DNA of 64,000 nt from Eukaryota sp. TZLM1-RC (Eukaryota > Protista > Metamonada: BaSk clade): contig JAUPSS010000002.1 of NCBI GenBank assembly GCA_040285825.1, positions 3,596,001 to 3,660,000 on the forward strand, given 5' to 3'. Within the stretch, counting starts at the first letter, position 1; each line of letters opens with the position of its first letter. The notes below the pieces were generated by a model. That model worked only from the letters and a program-made list of their open reading frames with translations. It did not search any database and was not told the origin of the DNA. A program made the translations under genes and the position numbers. This document shows positions 34,689-46,334 of the stretch, in pieces.

Positions 34689-37600
34689 ATCTGCTGCGTC
34701 CCCTTCTGACATCTGTGGATTTTGCAAAGAGCCAGGTCATTCAGTCAAGGAATGCCTACATCCACATTGCAAGAGATCTGCAATTCCTAAGAATAAGCGC
34801 CGTAGTTTGGATAGTTACAGTAGTAGTGATAATAAACGTTCTCGTAGTTACAGGATCAATACAATTAACACCAAGAATCCACAATCTACCAACGTCAATC
34901 CATCTTCAGATCATACTACTGACTCCCTCAAACAATCGTTTATGACATCATCACATTCTCCTCCCAAACGCCTCTTAAATCCTTTGAGCACATGTGACCC
35001 TGAATCTTCGCATACCAATAGAATTTTTAGTTTGTCTTCTGTTTGTGCCAATAAATCTATTAATTGTCCCAAGTTTATTGAACTCTGGTTGCAGATTAAT
35101 AACATAGAGGTATCTGGTCTTATTGACAGCGGAGCATCCATATCCGTCATCTCGAAAGACCTATCTACAAAATGCAAGATGGAACACTGCACTGAATCTG
35201 TCAAATTCATTGGTGTTAACGGAGAACCATCAAACTCTGACGGCAATGCCAAAGGAATCCTATCCTTCAACGTCGGCAGCATTGCCAAAGTTGTGCATCT
35301 TACCAAATCGTTACCAATCGTTCCAGGCAACAACATTCTAATTATAGGAATAGACATCCTATATGAACTCGGCCTCATGAACAACGACAGGGTATACATT
35401 CATCTCGATGAGCTTCACAGAACACTAATGTTACCTGAATCTGAGTTTGACCACAGAATTTCACAGATATCTGACCTCAAGGTGTCAAAAACATTCGAAG
35501 ATCACGTCAACTCGTCAGGTTGTCAAATAAAGCTCAACAATCAATCAGAAAATCAACAGCTCCTCGCAACTCTTGAAGAGTTCAAAGATGTTTTCACGTT
35601 GAAACCCCATGAAGACGGCATCGACTGTAACCCCATGGACATCGATTTCTACGATGAAGACACTGTTGTTTATCGTCCACCTCGCAGGTTAAACCCTGAA
35701 CGACTCAAAATCGCCAACCAAATCTTCGATGAGTTAATCGAATCTGGTTTCGCCACAGAATCCAACGGTAGATTCAGCTCCCCAGTCGTTCTTGTAGTTT
35801 ATCCGGATCATCGGAAACCACGTCTTACAGGCGACTTCAGTGGCCCGAACGGAGTCAATGCAAACACTATCCCCATTGCTCCAAACCTTCCAAAGATCTC
35901 TGATGTATTAGAGTTCTTATCTCAAGCCAATTACATTGGAACACTTGATCTTCCAAAAGCATTTTGGCAACTCAAGATCAACGAAAGAGACATCGAGAAA
36001 ACCACCCTCAGCATTCCTGGTCGCAGTATCAGCTTCAACAGGGCATGTTTCGGTCTCAAGAACGTCCCCGCAGTGTTTCAAAATGTAATGTCCAACATCT
36101 TTAGCATCGAAGGCGTGTTTATCTACATCGACGATATCATTATCATAGGTAATACCCTTCCTCAATTCATCGACAGGCTCAAAGCCGTCCTCTTCCGCGC
36201 TAAAGAGAAGCGGGTCAGCCTTGGCCTACCAAAATGCCATTTCAAGTCTAAAGATCATGAAATCAAGATTCTTGGTAGTATCTTCGTCAACGGTACACGC
36301 CAAATCGATCCCTCACGACTAACTGGACTAGTCGAGCTTCCAGCTCCCAAGACAGTGAAAGACGTCAGAAGCTTTGTAGGATCCATCAACTACATTAGAG
36401 ACTGGCTGCCTTCGGTATCCGAAATCATATCACCTATCATCGAGCTTACCAGAGGAAACCCTCGCCGTATCGAGTGGACCTCAGATCATGAACTCCGCTT
36501 CAACAAGATCAAGCAGCTCGTAAAGGAGAATATGCCATTGAGTTTACCCCCAGCAGATAACCGTGTCCTTATCAGTTGTGACGTATCAGACATTGCTATT
36601 GGCGGCGTCATTTGGGAAGAATATGATCCTTGTGAACACAATGGCACTCCTCTCATTGACCGTAAGGTCAGACCTATCAGTTTCTTCAGCAGGATTCTCT
36701 CCAATTCCCAAAAGAATTGGTCAACGATGCAGAAAGAGCTTTACGCTATACTTTTCATCCTAACAGAATCATGCATCGAGAGTTACCTTAAAAGCAGGAA
36801 GCTCACGATATTCACAGATCACAAGAACCTCTCATATCTGGTAACAGCCCCTGATAAGAATCGAATTGTCACACGTTGGTTACCAATACTCAGTGAGTTC
36901 GACTTCGAGTTGGTACACACCTCGGGGGAAGACAACTACTGGGCAGACATGCTATCCAGACAGGTCCCAACGACCAATCCTGTACGCATAAACACAATCA
37001 ACACAGGCAACACTCGTTCATCAGCGAGCGAGACCACCTATGAACCGTTTCACCCAATCTATTATATCAGAAACTATGATCCATCAGACGACTCCGCTCT
37101 TCCAGATCCAGACGACCTTCGGGATACCCACAAAATCCTCATTCTAAAAGAGAAATGTGCATCTGCAATCCCCATGTTCGATCCTTGGTTGAGTAGAATC
37201 CGTTCAGAGCAAAGACAAGCTGTTGCAGCTCACGAACGTTCATTTAATAACTGTTCCGTCAATCATCTTGACCTCTACGTTAACGAATCAGGCAAGATCA
37301 TCATCCCGTCATCACTCATCAACGACACGCTCTTGATTATACATGGTTATGTATCAGGCGGTCATCCTAGTATGTCTGAGAGTTTACGCAGGCTATCCTC
37401 TAGCGACTACTACTGGCCCAATATGACTGATGATATGAAGAACCACGTGCGTTCTTGTCCATCATGTCAGAAAACGGCACCTGTCCCCAAATCTATCACT
37501 CCTTCCACCGGATCTCTCTGGGCTGACAAACCCTTCGCGAGATTGAACGTAGATACCATTGGTCCTCTTCCTCCAGATCAAGAGGCCAATAAGTACATCT

Positions 37601-38634
37601 TAGTTTTCGTGGACAGTTTCACTCGGTATACCATCCTCGTGCCCCTCAAAGAATTAAACGCAAGGCTGACAGCCGACGCTTTGATTTGGAGTGTGTGCGC
37701 AATCTTTGGTATACCTTACAGCATTCACAGTGACAACGGCCCAGAATTCGCCAACAACGTGTTTAAATCACTGTGCGAATTCCTGTCTATCGACATGACG
37801 AACAGTATTCCAAATTTCAGTCAATCAAATGGCCTAGTTGCACGACGTCATAGAGTTATTTTACAAAATCTTAGGAAGCTCCTAATCGATTTTAACGCCT
37901 ATGACAACTGGTCAGAATACATACCTTACGTACAACTCTTAACGAATTCGTCTAAGAGCTCTGTCACAGGTTTCAGTCCATTCGAGCTTATGTTTGGGTC
38001 AGACGTCAGTCCCAGAGCTGACCCTTTATCAATTTTCTCCACCATCGAAAAGGCTACCACTGAGGTTCCTTTCATTCTGGATATCCAATCTAAATTTAAT
38101 CGATTGAAAGAAAAACGAGAAAAAGCAGAAACCACCCAAACATCGAAATCGCCGGAGGAAAAGCCAAGCACGAGTAACCTGCTATTCGAAGTTGGATGTT
38201 TAATCCTCAAATCATCTAGTAACTCCAAATTACATGGGAATTATCTGGGCCCATATTTGGTCATCGACAAACCTAGTAAATCAACTTTATTATTAAAGAA
38301 TTTAATCACAGGTGTCGAATCTAAGGCTAGCATTTCACAATGCAAATTGTACCATTCTGACAAACCCACTGATGATGAGTTTCATCGTATCGTGGCCTCA
38401 GGTGATACTGAGGAACATCTTCTATTAGAAGTTCTCAGCCAGGATGGTGACGTGTGTCAAGTCGTATACGCTGGAGATGTACGAGGCACCGAGCCTGTCG
38501 ACCGCATTAAGAACACCAAGGCCTACCAAGCCTTCCTCCAGACTAATAAGTCACGACCCCCCACTAGTCAACCTACTCGCAAACAACCTCGTAGAAGAGC
38601 TAGAAAAGACCGTCGAAAGGAGGGGAAGAAGTAG
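34429..38634 (+). CDS. pol: Gag C-terminus (CCHC) plus Pol polyprotein
   Basis: CGFCKEPGHSVKEC; protease LIDSGAS; RT LDLPKAF, FGLKN, YIDD; RNase H CDVS, KEL, TDH, WADMLSR; integrase H..H..CPSC, VDT, SDNG. The third acidic residue is Ala. Confidence 0.95.
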   Translation: MISSMFSLSFITTGVIPELSRNKKRARKSVRNFTGPGAQGPMFGGRPHPKDQKLIDTYDYVEQVSTNKEQLRRRVKNLKKRSAKDDKSAASPSDICGFCKEPGHSVKECLHPHCKRSAIPKNKRRSLDSYSSSDNKRSRSYRINTINTKNPQSTNVNPSSDHTTDSLKQSFMTSSHSPPKRLLNPLSTCDPESSHTNRIFSLSSVCANKSINCPKFIELWLQINNIEVSGLIDSGASISVISKDLSTKCKMEHCTESVKFIGVNGEPSNSDGNAKGILSFNVGSIAKVVHLTKSLPIVPGNNILIIGIDILYELGLMNNDRVYIHLDELHRTLMLPESEFDHRISQISDLKVSKTFEDHVNSSGCQIKLNNQSENQQLLATLEEFKDVFTLKPHEDGIDCNPMDIDFYDEDTVVYRPPRRLNPERLKIANQIFDELIESGFATESNGRFSSPVVLVVYPDHRKPRLTGDFSGPNGVNANTIPIAPNLPKISDVLEFLSQANYIGTLDLPKAFWQLKINERDIEKTTLSIPGRSISFNRACFGLKNVPAVFQNVMSNIFSIEGVFIYIDDIIIIGNTLPQFIDRLKAVLFRAKEKRVSLGLPKCHFKSKDHEIKILGSIFVNGTRQIDPSRLTGLVELPAPKTVKDVRSFVGSINYIRDWLPSVSEIISPIIELTRGNPRRIEWTSDHELRFNKIKQLVKENMPLSLPPADNRVLISCDVSDIAIGGVIWEEYDPCEHNGTPLIDRKVRPISFFSRILSNSQKNWSTMQKELYAILFILTESCIESYLKSRKLTIFTDHKNLSYLVTAPDKNRIVTRWLPILSEFDFELVHTSGEDNYWADMLSRQVPTTNPVRINTINTGNTRSSASETTYEPFHPIYYIRNYDPSDDSALPDPDDLRDTHKILILKEKCASAIPMFDPWLSRIRSEQRQAVAAHERSFNNCSVNHLDLYVNESGKIIIPSSLINDTLLIIHGYVSGGHPSMSESLRRLSSSDYYWPNMTDDMKNHVRSCPSCQKTAPVPKSITPSTGSLWADKPFARLNVDTIGPLPPDQEANKYILVFVDSFTRYTILVPLKELNARLTADALIWSVCAIFGIPYSIHSDNGPEFANNVFKSLCEFLSIDMTNSIPNFSQSNGLVARRHRVILQNLRKLLIDFNAYDNWSEYIPYVQLLTNSSKSSVTGFSPFELMFGSDVSPRADPLSIFSTIEKATTEVPFILDIQSKFNRLKEKREKAETTQTSKSPEEKPSTSNLLFEVGCLILKSSSNSKLHGNYLGPYLVIDKPSKSTLLLKNLITGVESKASISQCKLYHSDKPTDDEFHRIVASGDTEEHLLLEVLSQDGDVCQVVYAGDVRGTEPVDRIKNTKAYQAFLQTNKSRPPTSQPTRKQPRRRARKDRRKEGKK

Positions 38635-38829
38635 TGTTAGTCTTTACACTATTCTAGAGTGTAGATAGACTTATCTATTTGTTCTTGTTTATTAGCTTAA
38701 TGTTCATTGTTTATTCATGGAGACCTCACTAGTGATGGTATTGAAATTCACTATAGCTCACTTCTCGTCGTAATAAAATTACTATCTGTTCACATATATG
38801 TCTGACTCTAGCCCACAGGCAACAGAACA

Positions 38830-40140
38830 GTGAAATCCAAGTTTTCAGTAACTTTGAATATGTTTGCTCCAATTTGGTGTACACTTATATTTGTTAAAAT
38901 CTAGGCAGCTTAATTGTATGCTACAAACAATATGACTAAGAAAGAAGAATCAACGTCGAGCAAATTAGCCAAAAAATTTGTTCCTAATTCGTTGAAAATT
39001 CTGGTATGGTTGATCGCAGGCTATGAGTAAATTTTTCTGAATAACTAATTTTGAGAAAGAATTTAAAATGTTTTTCCTGGTCTAAACCAGAAAGAATAAT
39101 AAGTGTTGTTCTAAATTTGCTGAAAGTTGATCTCGATTTTCATCAACATAACCTAAATAACAACCCAAGAAATTGCAATACGATTTCAAAATAAATGATG
39201 AAAGGAACACTTAGTTCATCAATAGTTAGTTCAACAGGCTGTCGACCGATCAACAAACATTTGGAAATGTTTAATGAAAGTGCTGTTGATCAACTTTAGC
39301 TATATTTCTCAATGAATCAATTGAAACAAATATTGAAATGTCAACCAAATAGGCAGTAATTTCAATTTCTTTTTATTGTCTTTTTAATTCACACATAAAA
39401 CAATCAATATCAAGGTAGAGGAAGAAAGGACCTAAAATAGCTCCTTGTTTAACACCAGAAAGTTGATCAAAATGTTGATAAACAAGTGCTGATGACATGT
39501 TATAAACAGAATAGAAAAAAGATTCAACATCACAAAAATGTTTTTGCAACAGAGAAAAAACAGAAGATCGGGATGCTAAATTAAGCATTTTTAAAATCTA
39601 AATTAAATGTGTAATTGAAGTACTTAAATAGAAGAAAACAAAGAGCAAAGAGCAACAGCAGAAGCACCATCATTTGTCTTGATGAGGACTCACACATCCT
39701 TTCGAAGTTTTCCCCAATTCTATCGAAAACCGAAGATGCAACAATTTTGGCAAAAGATTCTCCAATCGCAATTGGATAAATTGTTTGAATGTTTTATTGA
39801 AGGCAATTAATCCAAAACTTAATTATCTCAAAAGGAATTTTAATTTCAATGTCAATCATTTGTTGAAAAATAGACGAAATCATCAACAATTCCATCACAG
39901 TGTCGAACAGCTGACTTAATCATATCATTCAAATCATTCATATCATTCATTCATTCAAAATTCCACATTGATTCACCTGGAGCTTTTCCAGAAGGCATAT
40001 AATGAATCAGTTTTGAGACCTCTGGAACATTTACAGGATTTTCCAACAAATAATCAACTAAATATGGTTTGGGACAATGAAAACGTCCTTCTGGATGAAG
40101 ATTAATTAATTGTAACAATGTGTTCTCATTGAGGTTATGG
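38830..40140 (-). mobile_element. Degenerate non-LTR RT region
   Basis: LINLHP, PSGKAPG, PIAIGES and GVKQGAILGP remnants. Confidence 0.7.
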
Positions 40141-40165
40141 AGTTATATTTTTACACAGGTAAACT

Positions 40166-40315
40166 AACTCCGATACTTTCATCATGAAAGTTGATCTCCA
40201 TTGGAGGACAGTCAATCCCGTCAGCGTGCGGCTTGGGGGTGAATGACTCTTCGAACTCTTTCAAGGTTACACAGACATCTGAGACTTGGGAGATTCGATG
40301 GTCGAATTCAGAGGC
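40166..40315 (-). mobile_element. Fragment of a related gypsy pol
   Basis: Translates ASEFDHRISQVSD..TLKEFEESFTPKPHADGIDCPPMEINFHDE, homologous with an internal deletion to about 35440-35660. Confidence 0.75.
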
Positions 40316-40640
40316 CTTGCTTTACTGAGTTCTAGTTTTACCTACGTAATGGATTATGGAATGTAACTCCATTTTGGAAATTCCTTGTCAAAAAGGATAA
40401 ATGATATTTATCAAAACAATCAAATTTTAAAAGAATTTTATCTAAAGAAGAATTGGTAAAATAACTGGCTTTTAAAGAACGTTTTGGTTCTGCAAATCAA
40501 TACCTGCATTAGCCGAAAAATTCCAGGAAAAATAAAACAAATACAATTTGTCAACTTACAAAATTGAGCTTCCAAAGCTCAATCCATCCACATCGATCTC
40601 AAGGACACTTATTACCTCCTTATAGGCTTTATCTGTAAGA

Positions 40641-43544
40641 ATGGGTGATAAATCCACACCTGAATGCCACCAGAGTCCTAGTCAGTCCTTTCGTAGCCCA
40701 ACACAGTCTCCTAACAATGATCCCATACTATGTATTCCTTGTATGTCTCCACTGAAGCAACTTCCTCTATTTACATCACCCAAATTCTCACCACGGCAAA
40801 GCTTTGCTATTCACAAGCGTAGAAGCTCAGAGTCTGGACTACCTCGACCTCTTCCCCTTTCACCACCTCATAAAAGAGTTTCCAAAATTTCTTCGACCGC
40901 TACCCTCCGTCAACGTCTCTTTTTTGACTCTTCTAAGCAAGAAGAAACGGAGCAGGAGCCACTCATTCCAACACCTCCTTCTTCTAGTGAATTACCTTCT
41001 CCAACGTCTTTACTACGTGAATCACCTACTCTCCTAGTCACTGCTCCTACGTCTTGTGACCTTTCACTAGCTGCTTCTGAACCTCCCACTACACTCGAAC
41101 TACCTGATTATCAGTGTGAAACCTCTCTTGAATCATTAGATCAGTTCTGTATCTTCCACAATGATTCCTTCTACCAATTCTCTTATTCATCAAACCCTGA
41201 CTCTAACCTTTCGCTCTCAATCACTACCACAGATCCTCACTCAATCCTCTCCTCAATATGGTCTTTTTCTTCATTTAGATCACCTCAATGGGAAACGATT
41301 GAATCTGTTCTTTACACCAAATCCTCTCTACTTCTACTCCCCACAGGTTATGGCAAGACTCTACCCCTCCAATTCTTTGCCCTGTGTAACCGCCTCAACG
41401 GCCCAGTTATCGTCATCTCCCCTCTCAATGCACTCATAAACGACCAGCTTCTCTCCCTCCCTCCCCCACTGCGAGGTTATGGTGTCAAGTCTTCAGACCT
41501 TGGTGGGATCACAGAGAAGGTCGTCAGTAATCTTGTTTGTGCAGATGTTATATGGATAAGTCCAGAGAAAGCAGCTTCACCCAGTTTTAGAAAGATCTGG
41601 GTGGAAGTCTCCAAAAGAAAGGCCAGAATTATCAAGACATTACGCGACTCGGTCAAGAATTTGATTGACTTTGAGTTGCCCAAACTCAATTCTTTTCAGA
41701 TGGCTTCTCTTTTAGTAGTAGATGAAGCTCATTGTGTCACCACTTGGTCTCATAATTTCCGCTCTGATTTCTTGAGAATTCCTGATTTTTGCGCCTTTTT
41801 GGGAAATCCTCACGTTTTGGCACTTTCCGCAACCTGTTCCTTCTACACGAAACAAGAATTAATTAAGAATTTTAATATTAGTTCAGACTGTATTTTCCAA
41901 ATTTCTCTCCCATCAAATTTAGTAATTTCAGCTTCCTACAATGATAATGATTCAAATAACAGTCTCATTAAGCTCTTGACTTCTCAAGACTTCAAGGGGC
42001 CGACTCTTATCTTTGTCTCATTTCATCAACACGCCCTGTCTCTGAAAGAAGACCTTGTTGGTGCCACCAATCTCTCTGTTGCCGCTTACCATTCTGGGTT
42101 CACCCACAAAGACAAGGCGAGGATAGAGGTTTTATTCAAAGCAGGGAAGATTGACGTTTTAGTAGCAACTTCAGCCTTTGGAATGGGCATTGACACATCG
42201 CATGTTCTTCACGTCATCCATTACACCATCCCCAGATCCCCAGAAGATTTACTACAACAAATAGGTAGGGCTGGGAGATCTCGTGATGATGTGATAGTCA
42301 ACAGAAGTCATGTGTTTTTGAGCGATGATGACGTGAGACAGTTAGTTTCGTTGGTATTTTCTGATATGGTTGGGGTTAATTGTATTGGAAGGGTATTGAG
42401 TTTTCTTGAAGATTCTGGTGTGGTTAAGGACAGTCAATCAAATTTGATTGAAGTAATGATTGATTTAAAAATGTTTGAAAAGTTTTGTTTTGTACCAAAC
42501 GAGGTAGCTTCTACTATTGTAGTCTTTTTGGAACAAATGGGTTTTCTTACACCTCTAGGTCTTTGTGCTCATACTGTCATTATCACAACATCAGGTCAAA
42601 ATGACACGTCATCAAGTGTTGAAAAAACCAGAGAAGAACTCACTGAGGATGAGGTTAAAATTTTGGACAATATACCAAAATTTGGGGAATTAATTAAACC
42701 AAATAAAAGAAAAATTAAAGTTATTGATCTCTGTAAGGGTACTAATACTTTTATTACTCAATGTTTGAATTCCCTTTCGTCTTTACATCAAAAATCTCTA
42801 ATTTCTGTCCACAAAAGAAGTTCTGAAAAACTTTATTTGTTTAGTTTAAATGGTGTTGCGAGGGAATCAGTAATTTCTGATGTTTGTAATGAGCTCAATT
42901 TGTCACGATTACGAAATATTCGGGGTTTGACACGGGTTTACCAAATTTTAAAGATTTTTTCCTTCTCATCAGCAGAAAAGATCAGTGAAGCTCAATTTTC
43001 ACGGATATCTGAGCTGTCAGTCAAAATTCATGAAAATTTGTCAAATTATTTAGAAGAAGAACCTTTGATTGAAGAAGATTTGTCCATTTTCAGCTCTATT
43101 TTGCCACTGCGGCCTGTAAATGCCAATATTAAAGAAGCTATAAAAAACTTTGTTATTAAATCCAATATATTTAATTTTAAAAACAAGTACGATTATTTCC
43201 AAAAACAAAAATTAAATCCTTTTTTACCACCAGAGAAGGGGGCCATCTCTATTGCCAAGATTATGCATGGTTTAAGTTCGGGCCTCGTCAGCAAGCACTT
43301 ACATTCAAAGAGTACCCAGTCTAATTTGTGGGGAAAGTACATTGATTATCCCTTTTCAGAACTTCTTAGATTGGCGAGGGAAGTGCTTGATGAGGGTGTG
43401 ACGTCAAGAATGAGTGAGCTTGAGCATGAAGCAAGAGTGAGGATGCAAAAAATCCAAATGGAGGAAGAAAAAACAAAGAAAAATCAAAATAAAGGTAATG
43501 CAAAAGCTATCGACCCTTTCAGATTTAATCAAGAAATTGATTGA
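40641..43544 (+). CDS. RECQL4: RecQ4-like DNA helicase
   Basis: LPTGYGKT, VISPLNALI.DQ, VVDEAHCV..WSHNFR, SAT, YHSG, VATSAFGMGID, QQIGRAGR, plus the RecQ4-type C-terminus IAKIMHG..S...WGKY..YPF. Confidence 0.85.
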   Translation: MGDKSTPECHQSPSQSFRSPTQSPNNDPILCIPCMSPLKQLPLFTSPKFSPRQSFAIHKRRSSESGLPRPLPLSPPHKRVSKISSTATLRQRLFFDSSKQEETEQEPLIPTPPSSSELPSPTSLLRESPTLLVTAPTSCDLSLAASEPPTTLELPDYQCETSLESLDQFCIFHNDSFYQFSYSSNPDSNLSLSITTTDPHSILSSIWSFSSFRSPQWETIESVLYTKSSLLLLPTGYGKTLPLQFFALCNRLNGPVIVISPLNALINDQLLSLPPPLRGYGVKSSDLGGITEKVVSNLVCADVIWISPEKAASPSFRKIWVEVSKRKARIIKTLRDSVKNLIDFELPKLNSFQMASLLVVDEAHCVTTWSHNFRSDFLRIPDFCAFLGNPHVLALSATCSFYTKQELIKNFNISSDCIFQISLPSNLVISASYNDNDSNNSLIKLLTSQDFKGPTLIFVSFHQHALSLKEDLVGATNLSVAAYHSGFTHKDKARIEVLFKAGKIDVLVATSAFGMGIDTSHVLHVIHYTIPRSPEDLLQQIGRAGRSRDDVIVNRSHVFLSDDDVRQLVSLVFSDMVGVNCIGRVLSFLEDSGVVKDSQSNLIEVMIDLKMFEKFCFVPNEVASTIVVFLEQMGFLTPLGLCAHTVIITTSGQNDTSSSVEKTREELTEDEVKILDNIPKFGELIKPNKRKIKVIDLCKGTNTFITQCLNSLSSLHQKSLISVHKRSSEKLYLFSLNGVARESVISDVCNELNLSRLRNIRGLTRVYQILKIFSFSSAEKISEAQFSRISELSVKIHENLSNYLEEEPLIEEDLSIFSSILPLRPVNANIKEAIKNFVIKSNIFNFKNKYDYFQKQKLNPFLPPEKGAISIAKIMHGLSSGLVSKHLHSKSTQSNLWGKYIDYPFSELLRLAREVLDEGVTSRMSELEHEARVRMQKIQMEEEKTKKNQNKGNAKAIDPFRFNQEID

Positions 43545-44689
43545 GAAATTGATTGAAATTGATTGATTGGATTTTTTCATAAATTTCGTTGAATTATCGA
43601 TGGATTTATAATGGATTGTTATTTATTTTTCATAACTACCCTTTAAATTTTTCATTTTTTTTCAACATTACCAATATTGAATTTTGAAAGATTAATAAAG
43701 TTTTTTTGATATTGACATTTTCTTTATACAAATTGTTGAATAGAACAAAAGCCCCAAGACTTCACTACCCACACCTTGTGTAATAATTACAGCAATGTCT
43801 AGTGGTTGAACCAATTAGTTTTAATAAAGTTGCTATGTATTTCTCTAATCTAACATTTTTCGATGGAAAATGTGTGGGAATTTGCCTAATGAATCAAAAC
43901 TATTGTCTCCAGTGTGCTCATTATGTTAATCAGGACCTTCTACGTTGTGTCACATTTTATGCAGTTCTCCAAGTTCTCAAATCCCTAAAATGTACAATAG
44001 ACCTAATTGAAACATGATTTAATTTTAAATAGTTTTGTTAACCTCTTACTCTCTTTCCTAGATCATTATGATGTTAACTGCATTTACCTTATCACACCAA
44101 TCAGTATGTAAATTTTTCTTTGGTTGTGACTGAGTTAAGACCTCATGTAAATCTTATCTCAAAAAATATGGATGAATCAAGCAGGAAGACAGTGTTGATT
44201 TGTGAGTTAACATCACCTATGAAGCAATATTTAGTTATTAGACATACATTAAAAAGTACGAAATAACAGAGTCTTCGATTGTTATTATCAAATTTAGTTT
44301 TTTGGTTGAAACATTTCCTTTTGAAGTTTCAGCAAGAGAAAGAGTTGTTACTAGCTGCATTTCATTGATCAAAAGATTACTCATTCCAAACTCCAAAATG
44401 AAAACCATCTCTAAAGAATTAGCATTTCAAGCTCCCAACTGCTCATACCCATCTTTCCGCTGGCGAATCTTGTATTCGGTTGTCTGATGCAATAAAATGA
44501 TAGAAACACACCATGGGCGGTGGCTCAAAAGTGTTGCAAGCTCAGTATTTCACGTTTATTGTTATAGGAAAAATTGTTTTCTTTATTATTAAAACGTATT
44601 TGCTATTACAAAATGATGAAAAATGTGATGTATATATTACGATGTAATAATTAAATAAATATTGTATTTATATTATTTTATGCACCAAG

Positions 44690-45545
44690 AAAACTGTCAT
44701 CTGAGAAGTTAAGTAAAATTTTTGAAGATAAGTGCTTTGATAACAAGTGGCCTAGTGCTCTGTCTACTCTAAATCCAGGAGTCAAAGCTCAAAATAATCA
44801 ACAGACTGTAAATAAACTCAAGATCCTTCATCCATACGAAAACCCAATAATGGATCAAAATTAGTATGGAGATTATTGGTAAATCCAACCATTGATGACA
44901 TGAGAAGTATTTTCAGTGATCAAAAAACGACCACGCAAAAAGTCTGCAGGTCTTTCTGGGCTTTCGATTGATCATATCAAAGCTACGGTTATTTCTTCAG
45001 AAAATTGTCTTATTTTAGTAACCAATTTTTTAATAGAATTTTGACTGGTCAACTTGAAAATCCTGAAGAATTAAGATGTTCTCGTATGACTACACTTGTA
45101 AAAAACTCAAAAATGGATGTTCGTCCAATTGCGGTCACTGAAAGTTTTCACAATATTTTTTCTGCATGCTGCTTAAATAGATTCAATGAAAAAGCAAAAA
45201 CAAATTTATTGCCCTTTCAGTATGGAATTTATACCACTGATGGAGTTTTTTCAGCAGTATTGGCTACAGATGTTTTATTTCATCAAAATGAATCCAGTGT
45301 TTGAATTTCGTTGGATTTTAGCAATGCATTCAATTCAATTAGTCGTTGCAATATTCATGGTGCTTTGTGACAATATTTGCCAGAATTAATGCTCTATTTT
45401 CAAACATCATGTAGCACAAATTGTGATTTGCATTTTGGTGATTCCATATTGAAATCATCAAGTGGTGTAAAGCAAAGAGATCCTTTACGACCTCGTTTGT
45501 TTCGTCTAGCCATTCATCCTATTTTATTGCAAATTCAAAGTGTTA
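44690..45545 (+). mobile_element. Degenerate non-LTR N-terminal/RT fragment
   Basis: KLKILHP, VRPIAVTES, PFQYG, LDFSNAFNS and SSGVKQRDPL remnants. Confidence 0.8.
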
Positions 45546-46334
45546 ATCAAATTCATATTTCGAAACCAAAAATAATTTCAATAAATTCTTTTCCCATTCC
45601 AGCTTGGAAAAACAAAATTTATGTCATTTGGGTGAAAACATTTATTTTGCACTTGAAGTTTGTATTACTGTTTTCAGATATTCAATTTTTCCCAATGATT
45701 TATTATATTATTATGATGTTTTTTTCATCATTTGTTATTCCTCTAATCATTTTTAAAACATGTAAAAAGCATTTGCAGCCCTAAGTCACAATTGCGCTCG
45801 TTCTGCTAGTACAATTAGAAGGTCAATGTTTTCATAACAAGTGATGTATTGTTCCAGGAAAATTGTGGTTGAATTGATCATTGGTACGGAAATGGTGCAG
45901 TTTTGAATTGATAAGAAATTTACAAAGAAAATCGTTCTATAATTGGATATGTGTTAAGTGTATAGAATACAATGCTGAGCGTAATAATGCGGCCAAGAAA
46001 AGAGAATGTGCAGCAACAATAAACAACTGAAGAAAGGAGGAAAACTTTGAAACTTTATACAAAGTCACAGAATCTACAAACACCATAGATTAAACAAACA
46101 ACTGCTTTGACTTACGACAACTTCATCAAATTTCACATCAGGTCACTATTTTTAGAAAAGAAAATGTTTAAAACAGGTCCAGTATCCATTATTAATGTGT
46201 CCATTCATCAGTTTGTCCATATCTTATTGTTTTGTGGATGTAAGAAGTTGAAAATAAACCAATTTTAAGAAGTTTCTATCATTTTGTAAACTTCCACACT
46301 GAACAAAACAAACTCCCAAATTATGGGACGGAAT

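Larger units (their letters stand above)
32282..38824 (+). mobile_element. Ty3/gypsy LTR retrotransposon, near intact (6543 bp)
   Basis: 190-bp LTRs at 32282-32471 and 38635-38824 (one mismatch), TG..CA ends, TSD GAAC, PPT GGAGGGGAAGAAGTAG, domain order PR-RT-RH-IN. Confidence 0.97.
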
